From positions 4,732,555-4,796,554 of the forward strand of contig OY781097.1 in NCBI GenBank assembly GCA_963676415.1: DNA of 64,000 nt. The letters are read 5' to 3'. The notes below the pieces were generated by a model. That model ran no database searches. It had not been told where the DNA came from and worked only from the letters and a program-made list of their open reading frames with translations. This DNA comes from Bacteroidales bacterium. Lineage in GTDB: Bacteria > Bacteroidota > Bacteroidia > Bacteroidales > WRLA01. Position 1 is the stretch's first letter. Every line of letters begins with the position of its first letter. Below, piece after piece: positions 48,438-57,649 of the stretch. Both the position numbers and the translations under genes were made by a program.

Positions 48438-49052
48438 TTAAAAAAGATATTTGATCGCCACAAAACCACCAATTAGAAGAACAGTAAAGAGGATGGCGAG
48501 CAGGTTAAAGTATTTGTCGATGAACGCTTTAATGGATTTTCCGTATTTCCAGATGAGCCATGCCACGAGGAAGAACCTTCCGGCTCGTGACACCAAAGAA
48601 GCAATGACCACCATAAAAATGTTCACGTTGAAGGCCCCTGCTGCGATGGTAAATACTTTAAACGGAATGGGTGTAAATCCGGCGGTGAAAACCACCCAGA
48701 AATTCCACTGTTCGTACAATGCCTGTACTCGGTCGAAAACTACTGTCGTAAATCCGGGAATATTATCGAAGAAGAAATTGGCCACGGAAGAGAAGGAACC
48801 ATCGGCGCCCCACCAAATGGCATAGCCGATATAATATCCGAAAATGGCTCCGGTAGCCGAGCCAATGGTTGCATTGAGTGCATAGCGGAAGGCTTTGTTT
48901 TGCGCGCCCAGCACCAGCGCAATCAACAGAGGATCGGGAGGAACGGGGAAAAAGGATGCTTCGGCAAAAGACAAAACAAAAAGCGCCACAGCCCCGTAAG
49001 GACTTTCTGCCCAGTGCAATACCCAATCGTATAATTTTCGGAAAATATTCAT
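48438..49052 (-). CDS. YqaA/DedA-like (SNARE-associated) membrane protein
   Basis: Four to five TM helices with FPVPPDPLL, typical of the family. Confidence 0.6.
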   Translation of the reverse strand: MNIFRKLYDWVLHWAESPYGAVALFVLSFAEASFFPVPPDPLLIALVLGAQNKAFRYALNATIGSATGAIFGYYIGYAIWWGADGSFSSVANFFFDNIPGFTTVVFDRVQALYEQWNFWVVFTAGFTPIPFKVFTIAAGAFNVNIFMVVIASLVSRAGRFFLVAWLIWKYGKSIKAFIDKYFNLLAILFTVLLIGGFVAIKYLF

Positions 49053-49156
49053 CAGCTTTTATTTTTGGTCGGCAAATTATGATTAAGCAGCCTTTTTATA
49101 CTATTCTGTTTTAATAATTTTTCCTTTCGGAAAGTAGAAATCCTGCTTTCAGATAC

Positions 49157-50581
49157 TTATTGTTCGTCGGTAAAATCATCACCTGCATATTGATCCAGCA
49201 AATCAAGAAATGCTTCATTCTCAACCAGACCGGCATCATAAACATAGGTTTCATGAAAAAGCCGGGCGTTGATTTGCAGTCCTTTTTCAAATTCTGCAAG
49301 AGCTGTTGGGACATCACCACTTAAAGCCAAAATGCCGGCCAGTCGAAAATGCAGTACTGCATGTGCCGGAATATGGATCAAAGCCTCCTGCAGTGATGCA
49401 ATAGCTTCTTGTGTATTTTCGAGTTCGAGATAGGCAGCAGCACGTTCCAACCAGGCGTCCGCATTTTCTTTTTCCAGAAAAATAACCCGGTTATAGGCTT
49501 CGACTGCTTTATCAAAACGATTCAGGCGCATTTGCAGGTCGCCCATCACAAACCAGTTATCGCCGGTATTGGGTTCCAGCTCAATAGCTTTTTCCACATA
49601 AGGCAAAGCCTCTGACGGACGCTCCATTTCTGCCAGACAAACACCGATACCCAGCCAGGTATCTGATGAAAAGCTGTCGAGTTCGAGCGATTTGCGGTAA
49701 TTTTCCAGCGCATTGGCATAATCGCCCAGCTTTTCAAAACACTCGCCCATATAGAAATAAGTAAGGTAGTCGCCGGGTTCGTATTTTGCAGAATCCCTGT
49801 ACGATTCTATGGCCTCCTGAAAACGGCCCAGATTGGCCAGGCTGTTTGCACGGTTGAAAATGGATGAAGCATGTTCTTCATCAATGGCCAAAGCAAAATC
49901 ATATGCTTCAATGGCTTCTTCCTGCTGGTCGAGGGCACTATAAGCCAAACCCAGATTAAACCAGCCAATGGTAGAAAAAGGGCGTTCATCGAGATAGGCC
50001 TTGTAAAAACCAATAGCATCGCTGTGCTTTTGCGCCATTTCGTAGCAAAAAGCCAGCTCAGTCAGTACAGATTCATTATCATAATCCAGCGCCAGTGATT
50101 TCTTCAGGTAATCGATTGCTTGTCCGTATTCGCCCAGCTTTTCATATTCGAGGGCAATGCTCGAAAAAGCTTCTTCCTGCACGTCTTCATCGCTGAGCGA
50201 TTTCATAAATTCAGCAATAGAAGCTTCATTACGGTTGAGCTTACTGTATATAGCGCCTTTGGTAAGGAATATTTCGGAATTTCCGGGTTCCAGCTGTTCT
50301 GCCTGAGAAAGGATGTTCAAAGCCTTGTCCTCTTTGTTCTCAGCAGAAAAAAGTTGTGCCTGCTTAATTTTCAGGCTAACATGAGAAGGATAAATCTGCA
50401 ATGCAAATCGCAATGCCTGATTGGCGCGCGAAAGCATGTCATTATCAAGGTAATAGTTAATGATGCTCTCGAAATCTTCCACATCAAAGAAGTAAGATTC
50501 CTTCCGGTTCAGCATATCTTCATAGCGACCCAGAAGCCCCCCGAATTCCTCCTCATCTATTGGACCAAATTGTGTATTCAT
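49157..50581 (-). CDS. Tetratricopeptide-repeat protein
   Basis: Repeated 34-aa A/Y/L/G/P patterns run through 474 aa (e.g. AIEAYDFALAIDEEHA, ALENYRKSLELD). Confidence 0.8.
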   Translation of the reverse strand: MNTQFGPIDEEEFGGLLGRYEDMLNRKESYFFDVEDFESIINYYLDNDMLSRANQALRFALQIYPSHVSLKIKQAQLFSAENKEDKALNILSQAEQLEPGNSEIFLTKGAIYSKLNRNEASIAEFMKSLSDEDVQEEAFSSIALEYEKLGEYGQAIDYLKKSLALDYDNESVLTELAFCYEMAQKHSDAIGFYKAYLDERPFSTIGWFNLGLAYSALDQQEEAIEAYDFALAIDEEHASSIFNRANSLANLGRFQEAIESYRDSAKYEPGDYLTYFYMGECFEKLGDYANALENYRKSLELDSFSSDTWLGIGVCLAEMERPSEALPYVEKAIELEPNTGDNWFVMGDLQMRLNRFDKAVEAYNRVIFLEKENADAWLERAAAYLELENTQEAIASLQEALIHIPAHAVLHFRLAGILALSGDVPTALAEFEKGLQINARLFHETYVYDAGLVENEAFLDLLDQYAGDDFTDEQ

Positions 50582-50863
50582 TCAGTGCTTTTAGCATGTT
50601 CACTCTGCAAAATTAATAAAATTGGTTTGCAAAGCGCTTCTGTGAATAACTTTGGGATAAGTTAAAAAGACTTAAAGCTTTGGATTGCAGGTATTGAAAG
50701 CCCATAATTATCGGCCCAGGCAACATTCCATAAAGAAGCAAGTCCTGAACTGCCTTTCCTGGCCGCGCAGCATCAAGCTTGCCCTAATTCCTAATTGTGC
50801 ATTTTTTTAGTTCAACTCTATGTGCATTAGGAATGCTTATTGGAAAGTTTCTCAAAAGCTGCT

Positions 50864-50900
50864 CCCCGTTCCCGCGCGTGTCCTCACGCGCGGCTTAACG
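50864..50900. repeat. REP-like hairpin unit upstream of the transposase fragment
   Basis: CCGCGCGTG-TCCT-CACGCGCGG (50872-50893). A related unit lies at 56406-56442, and related inverted units lie at 51123-51148 and 57113-57159. Confidence 0.65.
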
Positions 50901-50922
50901 GATAAACCGCTATCTTTAGCCC

Positions 50923-51111
50923 ATGAGTCGCAACTATAAATTTCATAATCCAGAGGCTGTGTATTTTATTGGCTTTGCTGTTGTTGCGTGGATAGATGTT
51001 TTTACGAGGATCGAAGTTTCCCAAAATCCAGTCGAAGAAGGCCTGATGTTTTCAGTAGTGCATAGGATTATGCAGAAAGAAAGGGATACCCAAAGATGTT
51101 ATTGTGGTTGA
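50923..51111 (+). pseudogene. Fragment of an IS200-like Y1 transposase of the REP-associated (RAYT) type
   Basis: MSRNYKFHNPEAVYFIGFAVVAWIDVFTR matches the conserved N-terminus of Bacteroidetes Y1/RAYT-like transposases. The ORF then degenerates and stops at 62 aa, before the HUH and catalytic Tyr regions. Confidence 0.6.
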
Positions 51112-51154
51112 CCTTTGTGCAGTACCGCGCTTGAGGACATGCGCGGTAGCTGGG
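51065..51154. repeat. Left copy of a ~90-bp diverged direct repeat (transposase-fragment tail plus REP-like hairpin)
   Basis: Roughly 87% identical by eye to 57055-57144. Contains the hairpin TACCGCGC-N10-GCGCGGTA (51123-51148). Confidence 0.7.
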
Positions 51155-51631
51155 GAAGAAATTGCAGAAACACGAATGAACATTGTAGTGGGATTTTGCA
51201 CCCACTGTGGGGCCAGGATGCGGCTCGTGGAAATCATCCCCGAATCATTCCATCAGCGCATCCGGGCGCCGGATGCAAGCTGAGAAAATCCGCATGCTTT
51301 ATTGTTTTCCTTCTGCCCCTGCAATGCAGGACTGATATGGTTATGCCAAAGCCCCACAAAATGGACTGTGGCAGGCATCATATCTTGACAAAACGTTCAT
51401 TTGAATTATTGCAAACCAAAGCTTTTCGGCTGAAAATGGCCTGTTTTCCCTGCCCTTAAGGTATTTGGCAGAAAATACCGCAAAAATTGATTCCCCAATA
51501 TATTTGTAACCCGGATTTCCCGAATGGCTCGGGACAGGCTCTTCAACACAAAGCACACCCGCCCCGAGTAATTCGTGGGTATTCCGGCTTAGGCCGGAAA
51601 ACGTTGCTTAATTGTTAGCTGTTAGGGCTTT

Positions 51632-52204
51632 TTACAATTCATATCCAATACCTATGTAATTACTCAAATTAAATTTATCAAGCATCAAAAAAAAACCATT
51701 GTATGAACCAATTCCAGTGCCTACAAATAAATTCAATTTATTATTAATAAATTTATAATTCATTCCAATTGTTGCTGTATTTTCAACAACAAATTCTTGA
51801 CGTGTTTCCTTAAAAGGATATCCATGCTGATATTCTTCAAATTCTATTCGAAACACAGAAAAGTTAAATTGTCCGTATATTTGTAAATTATTAATTAATT
51901 CTTTTGTGTAGTATCTATAACCGAAATTAATACCAAATGCATTATTCTCATAAATTTCATTTGCAACTGGAGTAGGCTGGAAAATATATGAATATTGAGG
52001 CCCCACATAAAAATCATGACTATTTAACCTGTATGAGCAAACAAGAATATGATGTATAACCCTGAAATTATAATCACGTTTTACTTCAAAATCATAAGAA
52101 AATGTATAGCGTAAACCAAAACCTGATTTTTTTGTTTCCTGACAATATGTATCGGTAAATGAAATGAATACAATTAAAAAGACAATGATTTTTCTTATTT
52201 CCAT
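51632..52204 (-). CDS. Hypothetical secreted protein, possibly a small outer-membrane beta-barrel
   Basis: Signal peptide, then alternating aromatic/hydrophobic strand-like segments rich in Y, F, N and G. There is a 1-nt overlap with the upstream GH16 reading frame. Confidence 0.5.
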   Translation of the reverse strand: MEIRKIIVFLIVFISFTDTYCQETKKSGFGLRYTFSYDFEVKRDYNFRVIHHILVCSYRLNSHDFYVGPQYSYIFQPTPVANEIYENNAFGINFGYRYYTKELINNLQIYGQFNFSVFRIEFEEYQHGYPFKETRQEFVVENTATIGMNYKFINNKLNLFVGTGIGSYNGFFLMLDKFNLSNYIGIGYEL

Positions 52205-53595
52205 TATTTTAAAATTATTTTTTCCAAAACTGAATTATCACCAAAGAATCCTGTTAGAATATATACTCCTTTTGCAAGATTAGAAATATCTATATTTATT
52301 CTATTCTCAGTAATATTGTCCTTAATAAAGACAACAATTCCTGTTGAACTGGTTAATGTTATTTTAATTTTTCTATCAATTTTACCAACAAATTCAATAT
52401 CAATTTTTCCATCAGTAGGGTTTGGGTAAATTTTCGTATATAATAAAGGTGGATTATCTATGTTTGCTTTTGTTTGTGATTGCTGCAAACTATCTGGAAC
52501 AACTTCGGAAATAATATGCAATATGCTATCGTGGGTTTCTTGAATTTTAAGGCTTTTATTTGGGCTAGGACAATCAACAATTTTGGCACTAAAATTACTT
52601 CCTGCTTCAGCTACAAACCCAGGTTTTAATTCAATTTTATCAGTAGCAATTAATTCAAGATATTGGCCACTTTGTAAATTTGCATTTCCATTATTACCTC
52701 CCACAGTAATTTGACTGCCTGTAATAACTGTAGGGTCAGTGTTGCTTTGAGAATAATTCTCCATTGTTATATTCTGTTCACAATCAAGTCTTGTCCATAT
52801 ACGAATATAATCAATTTCAAAAATTGAAGGAAATGGGGTTGTATTATCAGGTCCAGGGGAAAATGGTCCATTATCATTTGCTATTGCTAAATTTGCAATA
52901 ACTTTTTCTTGATAATCTAAATTGCCCAACCAAATTGCAAATTCTTGACCATTTAAATACCAAAAAGCTACATTTGGCCCCCATTCACCCATCATTACAT
53001 TATAACTATCTGAAAAATTCCCTGAAGCCGTTACCCATTCACCAAAATTATCACATTCATTGCCCGGACAGTGCATATCTATGTGAATTATGTTAGGTAT
53101 TTCTCCTTTATATTCAAAGATGTCAAATTCTTCATTAGGGTTTCCACCATAAAGCCAGAAAGCAGGCCAAAGCCCTCTTCCTTCAGGTAGTTTAAAACGA
53201 ATTTCAAAAAGCCCATACTTAAATTTCTTTTTTGTTTAAATCCAACCAGATGTGTATTCAAAATATTTTTGCTCAATATGTGCTCCTCCGTCAAACCTCC
53301 AAACATCATAATACCCTGGTTCTTCTTTAGCAATCAGTTTCAATATTCCATTATCTAATACAATATTATAATCTAAGTAATACTGTAATTCATTTCCATG
53401 TTCTCTATTCCAACCATCCTCACAAGTATACCATTTAGTATTATCTAACTCTATTCCATTAAATTCGTCTCCACCTGAATATGCCCACCGAATAATTGAG
53501 CCATCCATTAATAATTGCCAAATTGTTTCTGGCTGTCCTTTTACATTGCTGATTATTGTTAGCATTGCTGTCATAATGATTATTGTTCTTTTCAT
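52204..53595 (-). pseudogene. Glycoside hydrolase family 16 protein with a T9SS type-A CTD, interrupted by one in-frame TAA
   Basis: ORFs 53236-53688 and 52204-53076 are in the same frame. Read across the TAA at 53236-53238, the sequence is ...YTSGWI*TKKKFKYGLFEIRFKLPEGRGLWPAFWLYGG..EEFDIFE..., which holds the GH16 E-x-D-x-x-E catalytic motif (EFDIFE). The N-terminal signal peptide starts at MKRTIIIMTAML, and the C-terminus reads KIYPNPTDGKIDIEF...GVYILTG. Confidence 0.75.
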
Positions 53596-53804
53596 AGTAT
53601 TTTGTTTTTTCAGCCTTACCGCTAACGGTTTGGCTATGTGGAGTGCGGGACTTTGAAACGCTTCACTGTCAGGCTGCCACTGAGCCAATTCGTTTATTCA
53701 TATTTTAGTTTTTATAGCCAAATCGTCAAAGACGAATTGGCGTTGCCGCTGCGAAGAACTGCGTTTGATTTACCCGCTGTACCCCGCATTACATATAGCT
53801 TTTG

Positions 53805-55865
53805 TTACCTGCTGGGTTTTATTTCTTTTAGTTCTTCTGGTATTTCTAGTAATTCAATAAATGCCTTGATATTTGACATGTTTCGATATTTATTAAATAA
53901 TGTCCGAATAATTATTGCAGAAAAAATCGTAGCACCCACGAATACAATAAAGCTGACTATAATGTTACCTTTTAAACTGATAAACAATTCGGTGGCAACG
54001 CTCAAATTCCAATTTGACTTGAATAACAGAATTATAAGAACTATTAAAGCGATTAGTATAGAAATTCCCAATTCAATCCAAGATTTTTTCCTCCATTTTG
54101 CGAGTTCCTTTTCAATGTATTTTTCTCTCTTAAGTTCTAGGATTTTGTTTTCTTTTTGAAAGTCTTTTGACTTAAGTTTTGTCAATTCATCTTGCAATTT
54201 GCCATTTTCAATTTTTTTCGCATCAAGGCTTGCTTTCTCCTTCTTAATATTTTCAGATTCCTTCTTTAGGTCAACAACAATTTTTTCAATCTGTGCAACA
54301 CGTTTTTCTTCAATCTTTCTCTGTTTTTCTGCTTCATCTTCTAATCGTTTTACAAATTTTCCCTTATTCTCATGGGCAAGTTTATTTAGGTTTTCAACTC
54401 TTGAAATTTGTTTGTTAGCAATTCTTGTAGCAACTCTTACAATTTGCTCGTCGCTTAACTTGTCTTTTGCATATTTCTGAATGTTATCGTCTAACTCTCT
54501 GATAATTGCATTTTTGGGCAGAGACTCATTTAAAGTGCTTGAAATTAGTGCTGGCAATCCAACATTAATAATTTCTTCGCTATTTAGATTATTGCCAATA
54601 TTGGGATTACTTAGCCATAAAATATTTAATAAAACATCAGCTTTAATTATTTCTGGTTGATATCCATTTCCAAATACTTCTTCACATTGTGAAAAGTCAT
54701 CGTACTCCGTATTAAAAGCATTGTTTACAAACCAACAGTTTACTTTTTCAAAGGCTTTGAATTTTTTGTTTCCTCTTTTCCCACGAACATAATAAATGGC
54801 AGTTGCATCGTGTAGAGCTGCTGCTTTGTTGTTCCGATATTTTTGAAGGTTTCTATACTCCTTGCTAAATTTTGCAATATTTGAATATTTCGTTGTTACA
54901 GGGACAGTTATAATTCCAAAATTGTCATTGAGGATTTTAGGGATGTTGTCTGCAATGTTTTCTAAATCTGTCTTTGTTAATCCTCTTCGGTCACAGGCGT
55001 TATATATATCCTCTGGGTTTACTTTTTTAGTTAAGAAAGATTCATGGAAATGTTCAGCACGTCTTAAAATTAACCTTTGAATTTCATCAATTGTGTCATT
55101 CAAAATTGAAATTTTATATCCATTGTGTTTGGCAATTTTTACAAGCTTTTTGCAAGTGTCAGTTGATTCAGGGGTGTTTAAATCAATGAGACTGATTATG
55201 AAATTTGTATCAAACAGGAGTTCAACCTCTAGTTCAATAGGGTTGGTTGAATACTCAATGTATGATGAAAGAATTGAACCTAGATATAACTCTTTAATTG
55301 TATTATAAACTTGGGGTATTTGTTTAAAAAAACTAACAAATTGCGCCTCAATTGTGTAATCTTCTTTTTTGTCAGATTTGTGTTTTTCTGCCAAGTATTT
55401 GGAGATTGTTGTTTTGTTGATTTCTAAAAAGTTGAATATTGAAGTATATTCCTTTTTATCAATATTGTTTAGACCGCAAAATTCTTGAAATAATCGCTCG
55501 ATGTTTTCAATCAGCACCTTTTTTTCATCAATCAGGGATTCAAATTCATTAAAAACATAATTATTTATAGAAAATGCTCCGTCTTTGTAGATTGTGAATT
55601 TTACTTCATTGTCAGTGTTTACTTCATTAGCAATTTGATGAAGGATATTTATTAAGACTGGAATTGGTATGTCTATGGAATAGAAATCCAGAATTACCCT
55701 TTTTATCTCCGAAATATTCTTTCCACTATAAATCCCTTCAGAGTTCATTTCTGCCAAGGCACTTTTTGCCAAAGGGACGAAAATGTCAATAAGTCCTTTT
55801 GTCAATGTCCCTGTGTTATTTATGTGGGCAAGTAAACTGTATGTAACTAATCTCGTTTTATTCAT
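53805..55865 (-). CDS. Hypothetical 686-aa protein: N-terminal domain of unknown function, predicted PIN-like nuclease core, long coiled coil, two C-terminal TM helices
   Basis: Residues ~213-385 carry hydrophobic-strand-plus-Asp motifs (ELLFDTNFIISL with D219, TIDEI with E261, ALHDATAIYYV with D353). Residues ~490-595 are K/E-rich with heptad character. Residues ~596-616 and ~634-655 are strongly hydrophobic. The gene is very AT-rich. Confidence 0.6.
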   Translation of the reverse strand: MNKTRLVTYSLLAHINNTGTLTKGLIDIFVPLAKSALAEMNSEGIYSGKNISEIKRVILDFYSIDIPIPVLINILHQIANEVNTDNEVKFTIYKDGAFSINNYVFNEFESLIDEKKVLIENIERLFQEFCGLNNIDKKEYTSIFNFLEINKTTISKYLAEKHKSDKKEDYTIEAQFVSFFKQIPQVYNTIKELYLGSILSSYIEYSTNPIELEVELLFDTNFIISLIDLNTPESTDTCKKLVKIAKHNGYKISILNDTIDEIQRLILRRAEHFHESFLTKKVNPEDIYNACDRRGLTKTDLENIADNIPKILNDNFGIITVPVTTKYSNIAKFSKEYRNLQKYRNNKAAALHDATAIYYVRGKRGNKKFKAFEKVNCWFVNNAFNTEYDDFSQCEEVFGNGYQPEIIKADVLLNILWLSNPNIGNNLNSEEIINVGLPALISSTLNESLPKNAIIRELDDNIQKYAKDKLSDEQIVRVATRIANKQISRVENLNKLAHENKGKFVKRLEDEAEKQRKIEEKRVAQIEKIVVDLKKESENIKKEKASLDAKKIENGKLQDELTKLKSKDFQKENKILELKREKYIEKELAKWRKKSWIELGISILIALIVLIILLFKSNWNLSVATELFISLKGNIIVSFIVFVGATIFSAIIIRTLFNKYRNMSNIKAFIELLEIPEELKEIKPSR

Positions 55866-56405
55866 GGTGTTTGTTTTTTTAACCTTGCAGGTAACTCCCG
55901 CATATAAGAACCCCCAATTACCATTACATCGCCTTTGTCCGCAGCTGGTATTTGCCTATCAGGCTTTATTTCAACAAAATTAGTATGGGCGCATGCCGGT
56001 TTCATATGCTTTTTCTTTGTTTCTCAACAAATTTAGATAATATTGTCTAATTTCCAAGGATGATTTCTGCAAATCTTTCATTTTTTCCACGCAAAATATT
56101 TTGCTTTGACACATTAATAAGCTGCACTTTTGGCTTCTTCCCTGCCCGAACCGAAACGAAATGAAATGAAGCCTAAACCATGCTGCTTGTGAAACGAACA
56201 TATTTCATAAAAATGCCACGATCCTGTTGTGCTTAGCCCATGTGCATTATAAAATGTTCGTAAGCTAAAAAACCTTAACCTAAATTTATCCAAAATCGCT
56301 TTCGTAGCCGTTTTAATAAACGGTTATAACCGGATATAAGCGTTTATTAAAACGGATAAGCCCGCCTGTTTTTGGCAAAAATGCCGGATTCCGGCTAAGC
56401 AAACC

Positions 56406-56442
56406 CCGTTCCCGCTCGTGTCCTCACGCGTGGCTTAGCAAG
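56406..56442. repeat. 37-nt REP-like unit flanked by a 16-bp direct repeat
   Basis: CCGTTCCCGCTCGTGTCCTCACGCGTGGCTTAGCAAG lies between two copies of TCCGGCTAAGCAAACC (56390-56405 and 56443-56458). Confidence 0.7.
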
Positions 56443-57054
56443 TCCGGCTAAGCAAACCAATACCTTCCGCAAGGCACAAAAGCAGCTTTCTTTCAACAGC
56501 TCTTGTTGCCTTGATATTTTCATGCGCATCAAAAATTATTTCTACGACTATGATCATCAATCTAAATACTTGAAGTAAATCCAACAAGACCTTAGCAATT
56601 ATTAAAAGCATGCGGGATTACGGCAATTTTGTAAGGCAAATTTTTACCGATTTTTTCGGTAATTTCCCGCAAAACCCTGATTATCCCTACAGGGGTTTTC
56701 CTGCTACCATCGCTATACCATCGCGCTACCAAGACGCTGCAAATACTTTGCGGGCAGCCGGCTGCTGCGGGCTTGCTTCGGGCAGATATTCTGTAAATAT
56801 ACTAATTAGAGTTTGTCCACAGAGTCGAGAGTTTGCTCTATAAAGTTCAAATTCAAGGCGTGTGAAAAATCCAAACCGGATAATACTCAAGTATTTGAGG
56901 ATTTGGATTTTGAGCAACAACGCAGAAGTTGGACTTTATAGACGAACTCCAATTAAGGCAAATTAGACCTACTCATCGGATGACTGGGAGTCATCCGATG
57001 AGTAGCGTTATCCGATGGGTGCTATGAATCATATGAGGTATCACGGAATATCAG

Positions 57055-57159
57055 GGATTATGCAGAAAAAAAGCGATACACGAAGATGTTATTGTGGTTG
57101 ATATTTAAGCAGTACCACGCGTGAGGACACGCGCGGTAGCTGGGACACGCGCGGTAGCT
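57055..57159. repeat. Right copy of the ~90-bp diverged repeat plus a duplicated REP half-site
   Basis: 57055-57144 matches 51065-51154. GGACACGCGCGGTAGCT occurs twice in tandem (57124-57140 and 57143-57159). Confidence 0.7.
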
Positions 57160-57220
57160 TTGTCCGTTAAAGCGGAAGCTTGATGGCTGGGCTATAGAGG
57201 GCGCCAATATATCCAAAGTT

Positions 57221-57430
57221 TCACTCTTCCATGAACCAATGGATATAGCCGCACTGCTCACATATATAATTGGTGGCTTTTTTATTGGCCCAATCAATAT
57301 TCAGGAAACTGAAAGCCACCGTATTCATCAAAGTTTTGCGGGTATAAAAACGTTTATGGCCACATATTTGGCAGGTCAGCCTGATGTTGCGGCCAACAAT
57401 AAATTCCTTAGATGTTTTGTCTTTACTCAT
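57221..57430 (-). CDS. Small zinc-ribbon protein
   Basis: Two CxxC pairs (CQICGH, CEQCGY). It is probably translationally coupled to the upstream HTH gene. Start placed at MSKDK. Confidence 0.5.
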   Translation of the reverse strand: MSKDKTSKEFIVGRNIRLTCQICGHKRFYTRKTLMNTVAFSFLNIDWANKKATNYICEQCGYIHWFMEE

Positions 57431-57647
57431 TTTGAAAGTCATTTTGAGGTTCATATTCCAGGATATCGCCGGGCTGGCATTCCAATACTTCGCAAATAGC
57501 TTCCAGCGTGCTGAAGCGCACGGCTTTGGCTTTTCCTTTTTTTAGGATGCTGAGATTGGCCATAGTGATCCCAATGCGACCGCTCAATTCGGTGAGGCTC
57601 ATCTTTCGTTTGGCCAGCATCACGTCAAGGTTAACTATTATACCCAT
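57423..57647 (-). CDS. YozG-like Cro/C1-type HTH transcriptional regulator
   Basis: IIVNLDVMLAKRKMSLTELSGRIGITMANLSILKKGKAKAVRFSTLEAICEVLECQPGDILEY is a near-canonical member of this small regulator family. Confidence 0.85.
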   Translation of the reverse strand: MGIIVNLDVMLAKRKMSLTELSGRIGITMANLSILKKGKAKAVRFSTLEAICEVLECQPGDILEYEPQNDFQNE

Positions 57648-57649
57648 AA

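Noticed and set aside
53804-55895. 9-bp inverted repeat GTTACCTGC / GCAGGTAAC exactly bracketing the 686-aa gene, sharing the CCTGC...GCAGG termini and TA-containing flanks of the MITE.
   Set aside because: Similarity to the MITE ends stops after 5 nt, the flanks (TTA vs TAA) are not a clean direct duplication, and the gene does not look like a transposase. A 9-bp match may be chance. It is worth a glance only if more copies of the gene are found.
55980-56201. 73-aa minus-strand ORF upstream of the PIN-like gene.
   Set aside because: It has no start context or recognisable motif and lies in hairpin-rich, decayed intergenic DNA. It could be a gene remnant but is not supportable.
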